Source: Euglena gracilis
Lineage: Eukaryota
DNA: 64,000 nucleotides
Direction of reading: 5' to 3'
Assembly: GCA_039621445.1 (NCBI GenBank)
Contig: CP154954.1
Coordinates: 21,278,954-21,342,953 of the forward strand
Part shown: positions 54,989 to 64,000 of the stretch, piece by piece
Layout of the letters: each line of letters starts with the position of its first letter
Numbering within the stretch: the stretch's first letter is position 1
Notes under the pieces: model-generated
The model's input: the letters and a program-made list of their open reading frames with translations, nothing else
Databases searched by the model: none
What the model was told of the DNA's origin: nothing
Position numbers and translations under genes: made by a program

Positions 54989-57981
54989 CTTAGGCGGCCG
55001 GATTCGCACTTAAGCTTTTTTCTTTTTATTTGCGCATTTGCGCGCATTTACGATTTTTTTGATTCTGCTTTGATTCGGCTGTGAAGGTCAGGGGGGTTTG
55101 AAAACACGTGAACAAGACAGTGCAAAAAATGAGCGAAATTCTGATTTTGGCTGGGAGACCCCCGGGACTTTGACGAAAAATGGTGTTTTTGAGGTGTGTC
55201 AAAATGGACTTTGTACGTCGAAACCCCCGGGACCTTGCCGGCCCAAAGGGAAAAAAACGCAAAAAAGCACCTTAGGAACGGGACCTTTACTGCCCCTGTT
55301 GCTCCTTTCGGCTGTGTCCCCGGGTGTGTCCGAGCTGCCGGCGGTGTGAGTCCTGGGTGTTTGCCGGACTGCGTTGCTTGCGGCGCCTTGGTGTGGTGTT
55401 TTTGGGCTGTTTGTTAAAGTGCGGGGAGGAGGTGTCGGGGGGTGTGGGTGTGATGTGACCAAGCCGGCGGGAAGGACACAGGGGAAGGAAGGTGAGTACG
55501 GGGTGTTTGACAAGGGAAGCGCAGAGGGGATGAAATAGGGTCCGTAGGGAATGAAGGGAATAAAGGGGAACGGGTGTCTCCCACCCGGCTCATACCCGGG
55601 ATGCGCAGAACCAGTTGTGTGGCAAAGGACCCTGCAGGAGAAGCCAAACACTGGAAGGACAAAATTGTGTTTATGCGCGCAAATGCGCGCACCAACATGT
55701 TTATGTTGATGCGCGCAATTGCGCGCATAAACACAATTTTGTCCTTCTGGGATTGGGCTTTGGCACCCATGAACTGACGCCGTTGAAAAACTGCGTGACA
55801 TAGAGGCCCTGACGGTACGGACTGACGGGCCATCCAGTTGGTGAGTTTGTCACACTGTTTGTCACCGGCGCAAGCTTATGGGCTCAAATGCGCGCACCAA
55901 CAAAAATTATGTTTTATGCGCGCATTTGCGCAAATGCGCGCATAAAACATAATTTTTGTTGGTGCGCGCATTTGCGCAAATAAGCACAAAGAAGAACGGT
56001 GTGACGGAAACACAACTGTCAAACACTGACAGCAGATGTGGTTTATTTGCGCATTTGCGTGCATCACGTTGTTTGTGGGCTCAAATGCGCAAATGAACTG
56101 TATGCAGAAACTGCGCAATTTACTATGTTTATTTGCGCATTTGCGCCCACAAACAACGTGATGCGCGCAAATGCGCAAATAAACAACTAATGGAGAAGTA
56201 AAAGGTGATTTCATTTGGCCCTCCTGCAACTACCCTTAGTGGCTTCTGAATGGGTTGAAAGCAAATGACCACACCGTCTCCTCCGGTATATGGTGTTATT
56301 GTGCCGTTTGTTGACCATTGACAGGTCCCACAAAAGATGGGGACATAGGATCTCCAGAAGGTGCGTGCATAGCCACCCAGTAATGGTACACCTCCACCGG
56401 CACCAATTTTTGGGTCCCAAGGGCCCTGCCGCTGACCTGCGGCCTGGGCTCCGCTGTTAAAGCCCCATCAGCTGCTGATGCTTCAGCACCCAGCAGGCCA
56501 GCATCCACCTCCCCGGTGCAACGACACCCCCCACAGCGACCGCGTTATACCCCGCAACCGGGGTGTAAGACTGGGGGTATGACGTGGTGCCAGTGCATGG
56601 CAACCAGCATCCGAAGAGAGGTAGCCCTCAAGCACCCGTTCCTTTGGATGCAAGGAAGTGTTGAACCTTTACCCCTGCATTGGGTGCATCAAAGCGGTGG
56701 GACCCACTCCCCCCAAATTATGCACAAAAACCGGTGTTTTTTACGTTTTTCAAGGGAAAAATGGCAAAGAAAACCAGAAAACGGACTCCGGCCCGACACG
56801 TCCCGGGTATTTCAGGTGCCAAATTTTGCCTTCTTGCAACGCAGTACTGTTGCAGAAAAGGTGTCCAACAGTCACAGGTCGTTTGCACGTCATCAATTCA
56901 TTACATTTAACTGCTAAACGGATGACGCCAAAACAACAGGCCGATCGGGCCTGGTAACAGCAGTGCAAACGTACACACGTAAGACAGGCAAATTTTTGGC
57001 CAGTCACATGCCGTGTTCCAGTGAACATTCCACACCACCTCTCACCACAAATTTCATCAGCATGTAATCGTGGTGCAAATCATTGGTTGGCGTGAGGAAT
57101 TGCGTTCGCCAGCTGTCACGGAGGAGGAGATGGTATCGCACAACTGATGTGTGTTGGTGCGCGCATTTGCGCAAATAAACACAACTTTGTTTGTGTGCGT
57201 TAAGGCTCCTACAAACACATCGTTTTGAAGCGGTGTATAAAATGTTTGTGCGCGCATTTGCGCAAATGCGCGCACAAACGTAATTGTGTTTATTTGCGCA
57301 ACTGCGCGCCAACACGCCCATCACGTTTTTAAACCTTGTATTGTCATGGTCCTCATTGGTGTCTTTTAACATAGAAAGTAAAAGTACATGTTGGTGGGCG
57401 CATTTGCGCAAGTAAACATAAACGTGTTCGTGCGCGCATTTGCGCAAATGCGCACACCACCAAACGTGTTGTTGGTGCGCGCATTTGCGCCCACCAACAC
57501 GTCATTTTATCATCATCGGTTTACGTTTTATTTGCGCAAATGCGCCCATAAACACAATTGTTTTTATTTGCGCAATTGCGCGCATAAACACACATCAATT
57601 GCGTGACGGCTGCCTCACGTAGTCTGTGTGTCTGTGGTGGTGTGATCTAATGAGGCCCCGTGTGTTCGGCAGTATCACAGCCAGTTCAGGCAGCACGTCA
57701 GCACCGTTTCCAAGTGTCGTCACAAGGGGTGTGTGCCTCTCTCCCGTTTGATGTACAAACAGCACAAGTCTCACCCCCAGCCCTATTAACGTCACCCGGT
57801 AAGCAGCATGCACACCAGACCACTGGGAGTTAATCCCCTCCAATAGATGGGTGTAACGGTTCTTAAATCGTGTTCTGGGTGTCAGGGTACAGGGTCCCAG
57901 GGGTTACAAAAAAAATGGTACATTTGCGCAATTGCGCGCATCCAAAGGAAAAAAGCTTAAGTGCGAATCCGGCCGCCTAAG
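54989..57981. mobile_element. 3.0-kb TIR element (CTTAGGCGG family), ~33-bp perfect TIR, 5-bp TSD, palindrome-rich
   Basis: tggca|CTTAGGCGGCCGGATTCGCACTTAAGCTTTTTT...AAAAAAGCTTAAGTGCGAATCCGGCCGCCTAAG|tggca. Confidence 0.92.
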
Positions 57982-58834
57982 TGGCAGGAAGAAATGGAGT
58001 CAGAACGGACGTTGGGGCAGGAAACATCATCTCCTTCTTGCTTTGTTTGAAAGTGAACCAGCGGTGCTACGCTGAGGTGTGCGTGCGTACATACGTGTGT
58101 GTGTGTGTGTGTGTTTGTGTGGGTGTGGGTGGGTGGGTGGGTGGATGTGTGCATCGGCGTGAGCTACATCCGTCCTTGGGTGTTAAAACCAGAGCCCTGT
58201 GCGAGGTTTCTGGTCTGAACCTGAAGATGACGATGCCTCGCTGGGGACTCCTCACGTGGCTGGTCTGTTCTTATTCCGAACGAAAATTGTGATTTCTTTG
58301 CAACCTTTATCAAGTCGGCTAATCCGACTTAGAAAAATTTCGGTGGGGTCGCTTAGCGAACAAGTACCAAAGTCGGTACTTGTCTGTTGTCACGCGGCAG
58401 AACCCCGCCCCCTTTTGGGTCGCACTTTTGGAGTTTTTGCCCTTCAGGCAAATCACCCCATTTCCCTGTTCTGGGTGGGCAACCTTGCATGACAAAGGGG
58501 TCAGCGGCTTTTATCCCCCTTTTCTCCAACTGCCGCCTCTGGGTTTCTTGCAAGGTGCGGGACAATGCGAGCGTGCCAAATAAAATTTTTTGGCCCGGCC
58601 AAAAACCCTCCATCGGCTGGGGCTCAGGGACAATAGGGGGGGGTAAACGCCGACCAGAAGCAGCCTGGCCGCACCTTGCCACCAGGGTTTTGGCTTGTCT
58701 TGGAAATGGGACTTTGTTTTTCCCGGTTACGAGACTGTCCAAAAGTGAAAGTGCTTTCGACTTTCTGGCCCGCTGTGATCAACCCCACTCCACCAGTCAG
58801 CCCACTGCATGGACCGCCACCTCATATTCAATTT

Positions 58835-60519
<1,685 letters not shown>

Positions 60520-60540
60520 ATTGGTTGCTGTGATTGATAG

Positions 60541-60735
60541 GGTTGGCAGGATGGACATTGCTGCGGTCCAGGGGTTCCCCGCTGAGGAGGCTCTGGGCAC
60601 TGAAGTGCAGGCGTGGTACAGCCGGCTGCCGGCAGGGTCTGCCGCCGCGGACAACGTGCCGGCTGGCGAAGCGGTTGGCGGCGCCGCAGCCAGTCCACCC
60701 GATGCCCAGCGACCGGATGAGGCCCTGTGGGTTGA
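60541..60735 (+). CDS. Candidate exon of an unidentified gene (MDIAAVQGFPAEEALGTEVQAWYSRLPAG..)
   Basis: GC-rich, stop-free stretch directly after a TAG acceptor at the end of the (TG)n tract. No family recognised. Confidence 0.35.
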
Positions 60736-60786
60736 ATCAATCTGCCAATCCCCGCCCTTTTCTGGAAGTCGGAGACTGGATGCAAC

Positions 60787-60889
60787 CAGGGTTCAGTATA
60801 AGGAGGGTTTACAGGGTTCAAGAGGAGGGGGATGCCCCCCATCCCCCCCCCCCCGACCCTCCCTCCACCTGCCTTTATATCGAACCCTG
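60787..60889. mobile_element. Short 103-bp derivative of the CAGGGTT..TATAAGG MITE family
   Basis: CAGGGTTCAGTATAAGG...CTTTATATCGAACCCTG; TSD degenerate. Confidence 0.65.
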
Positions 60890-61565
60890 GGTTGCAGATC
60901 AGGAGGGTGCGAATTGTTAGAGACCGGTGCTGAATCTGAACTCCGGCGTTATTTTTCTCCAAGATCGCTTTCTCCTTCTTTGTGCAATTTTTTTTAATTT
61001 TTTCAAATCAATTTTAAAACGGCCATGGTCGTGGTTGGGGGCAGATGTTTTTTTTTACGTTTTGTGTGGGCAGTGCTTCCGGGCACTGCCTCGCCCTGGC
61101 CCTGTTGGCCGGCAGCAACGCCGCCCCGGCTGCGCCAGCCCCCACCCAGAAGGTGCCTGCCCGTTTGCCCCGGAGCACGCCTCTCCAGCTCCCCCAGCCC
61201 GTCCATTTGCGTCACGGCTGCTCAACACAGACTTGGCAACAGTTTCCTCCAGTACGGTGCTGCTTTCCCCTCCCGGGCAGGCAGGGGACTCGCATGCCTC
61301 GTTCAGGACCGCCCTGGCAGCCCGGCGTTCCACGCCCCCGTGACCCCGAGGACCTCTGGCTTGGTCCGCAGTTTGCAAAGCGACGGTCCCTGGACCGTAC
61401 GAGTTGAGCCCCCACTGCAGTATGATGGGGGCTGGGGGGTTTGTTTTTGTTTCCTGCAGCTGTTCTTACAACGATCATTTTTTCCTGGGGAGGGGAAAGA
61501 GTGCCGAATGCCATGTCGGATTCACATTTGAACGCACATGCAATTGCCCATTCCCTGATGCATGG

Positions 61566-61617
<52 letters not shown>

Positions 61618-61893
61618 GCATTCGTGCCAGTGTGTCTCTCTGGGCATGGTTGAAAGTTCGATTGTGCATATATACACGCACATACATATACCTATAACAT
61701 GCATGCACATATGTTTATACATTATATACATATATGTATATGTAACATCGAACTTTCAACCATGCAATTATATATATATATATATATATATTCAACTCTA
61801 CATGTAGTTCAATTATATATTTTATTGCAGGCGCATTTTTCACACCTCGGGTTGGGTTGGAATTTCCTTCAGCTGAATTATGGGATGCCCCAG

Positions 61894-62927
61894 ACCCCCA
61901 CGTGACACCGCGCTTGAGAATGCGCTGCGTGTGTTGCGCACTGTCCCGTTCGCTGTTGTCTTGGAGGTGCGGGACGCTCGCATCCCACGGTCAACACACA
62001 GGGAGCTCTGGCACCCCATTTTTAAATCAATTTTGAGCTTGACGAGGGCAGGACCACAAGAGCTGCGCTCCTGCAATGTGCGGGGGAGTGTATGCTTTGT
62101 TTTCGGCCCGAGGCCATGGGCTCAGAAGAGCAAAACCCCCTCTCAATATAAGCTCCCCCAATATATACACCGTCCAAATATAAGTCCCCCCTCCGATGTG
62201 CAAGCAGATGATGGTGCCATTCAGGAAATTTGGGGTGTATACCACATTTTTTTCCTCCAGAAATGCTCCCTTCTGGATAAAATTGCACATTTTTGTTGAA
62301 AATAGGAGGTGCACAACGAAAATTTGGCATAAAGTTGGTATTTGGCTGCAGTTGAAGACCGCCAATTTTTATAGTCCACCCAGAACGTTTGATTCCCCTC
62401 CCCCCCCCCAATTATATTGCCCTCCCCAGAGGGTATTGAAATTGGATCACATAGGGCTTGTTGATTGCGACGATAAAGCAGGGAGCATCCGAACGGGGGG
62501 GGGGGGCATCCAATTGAATCGCCCGGACCACGGCTGGACGGAATCCCCAAACCCCTGTGGATGGTGGGTGGCCTTTCCGCCTTTTCCGGGGGGTGCCAAT
62601 TTTTAGCCCAGAATTTTCCGTCGGCGCCACCGGGCAGTGCAGTGCTGTGATGGGGGGTCGCCCCCCCCCCACCTCCCGGCTGGGGAGGTCGACCGCCCTC
62701 CCGCCCGGCCATCCAGTGCCGCCCTGCCCCCCCCCCATTTCTTTCAGTCGTGTGGCAGTGGGGGGGGGGGGGCTGCTGGCCCCGGCCTGTCCCCCTGCGG
62801 CCGGCCCACCCGCTGATCGGCAAGGTGGCCCGCCAGGCGGCGGTCCACTTCGTGGTCTTCACCCATGCGGACCTCCTGCCCCCCGCGGAGCTGCAGCGCG
62901 TCACCCGCTGGGCACTGCAGGAGGCCC
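61894..62927 (+). CDS. RbgA/YlqF/MTG1-like GTPase, paralog B (partial; probably continues past the window)
   Basis: Exons ~61894-61995 (DTALENALRVLRTVPFAVVLEVRDARIPRST) and 62803-~62927 (AHPLIGKVARQAAVHFVVFTHADLLPPAELQRVTRWA), joined in frame across the nonconventional intron 61996-62802. Clearly homologous to paralog A. Confidence 0.75.
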
Positions 62928-62941
62928 GTGAACCGGACCCA

Positions 62942-62944
<3 letters not shown>

Positions 62945-63013
<69 letters not shown>
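62945..63013. repeat. (GT)n microsatellite
   Basis: Directly visible. Confidence 0.95.
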
Positions 63014-63015
<2 letters not shown>

Positions 63016-63312
63016 TATCACAGCAAGACCAGGAGGAGAGAGCTTCAAACACAGAAAAATCAGGATCATCCCCTCTGTCTTGCCAGGCACAACAGAAAAT
63101 TATCAAAATTGGTCGATAAATTCGACTTTGAATAACAACTCAGCAAGCATGACCAGATGAAACACAAAAAATTGGAATGTTGGCTGGAGGCTTGAATAAC
63201 ATCAGAAACATACCCTCTCTGTGTCTTTTTTTAGAAAAACCAGGCTGCTCAGGTGCAGATGCACAAATTCAAACACAAGCTGCGGGGGAAAATGTGCTGG
63301 ACGCACTATGGC

Positions 63313-63421
63313 CACCCACCCACCCACCCACCCACCCACCCACCCACGCGTACGCGTGCACACACACACCCACCCACCACACACACACACACACCCCCCC
63401 ACACACACACACCCCCACACA

Positions 63422-63494
<73 letters not shown>

Positions 63495-63516
63495 GCACAC
63501 ACCCACACACACACAC
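63313..63516. repeat. (CACC)n/(CA)n microsatellite
   Basis: Directly visible. Confidence 0.95.
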
Positions 63517-64000
63517 TGAGCTGAGATTTGCAAATCTACTTTTCTTCCACTCGGGTTTTCTGTTATCAGCCTGTTGTTGCATTAATTATTCTTATTCTCT
63601 CGAATCACTGGGCAAGCCATCGCTTGCTTGTGCAATCCTAGGACCCACGTCCACCCGGGTATGAAGAGGATATCAAATGTAATGTACGGAATGCGAATAG
63701 AGCATGAGGAGTCATGTTCACCGTTGTAAGACAAAAGCGGCGGATGTACTGTGGTGGGGAAGGTCTGGGGAATGGAAATGCAGGCCCGGGTACTGGGGAG
63801 CAGCGCTGCAGCAACCAAACCGCATAAATCCACCTGATACAACAGAAACAGAGTGCGCCGGATCAAAATTATGTCGCCAGACTCCCAAACAGCAGATCAC
63901 ACAAGAGTGAAACGGAGGACCAATCTGATATGATATAATAGATTTGGAAGATTGAAATAGACAAAAAAGGGGGAGATGGAACAATGCATGAGAATCAATG

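Overview
This is repeat-rich eukaryotic nuclear DNA, most likely from a euglenid (Euglena-like). Short GC3-rich exons are separated by conventional GT/GC-AG introns and by non-GT-AG introns whose ends base-pair, with CAG at intron +4..+6 pairing with CTG at -8..-6. Five plus-strand genes can be assembled by eye: a Methyltransf_24-type SAM methyltransferase (~6.5-10.6 kb), a TMEM230/TMEM134-family membrane protein (~20.0-23.7 kb), an unidentified multi-exon gene (~26.8-38.2 kb), and two tandem RbgA/YlqF/MTG1-like circularly permuted GTPases (42.5-52.7 kb and from ~61.9 kb) with a non-canonical G4 motif. Most of the remaining sequence is non-autonomous TIR elements with 8-, 7- or 5-bp target-site duplications (TSDs), often nested, plus micro- and minisatellites. 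The main observation is that two nonconventional introns are intact CAG...CTG/CTA MITEs still flanked by 8-bp TSDs (9160-9277 and 47941-50096). Removing 3 nt of the left TSD, the element and 5 nt of the right TSD restores the reading frame and reproduces the euglenid +4/-6 intron geometry, suggesting an introner-like transposon system. Most ORFs in the supplied track are spurious. All gene models were made by hand, without transcript or database support.
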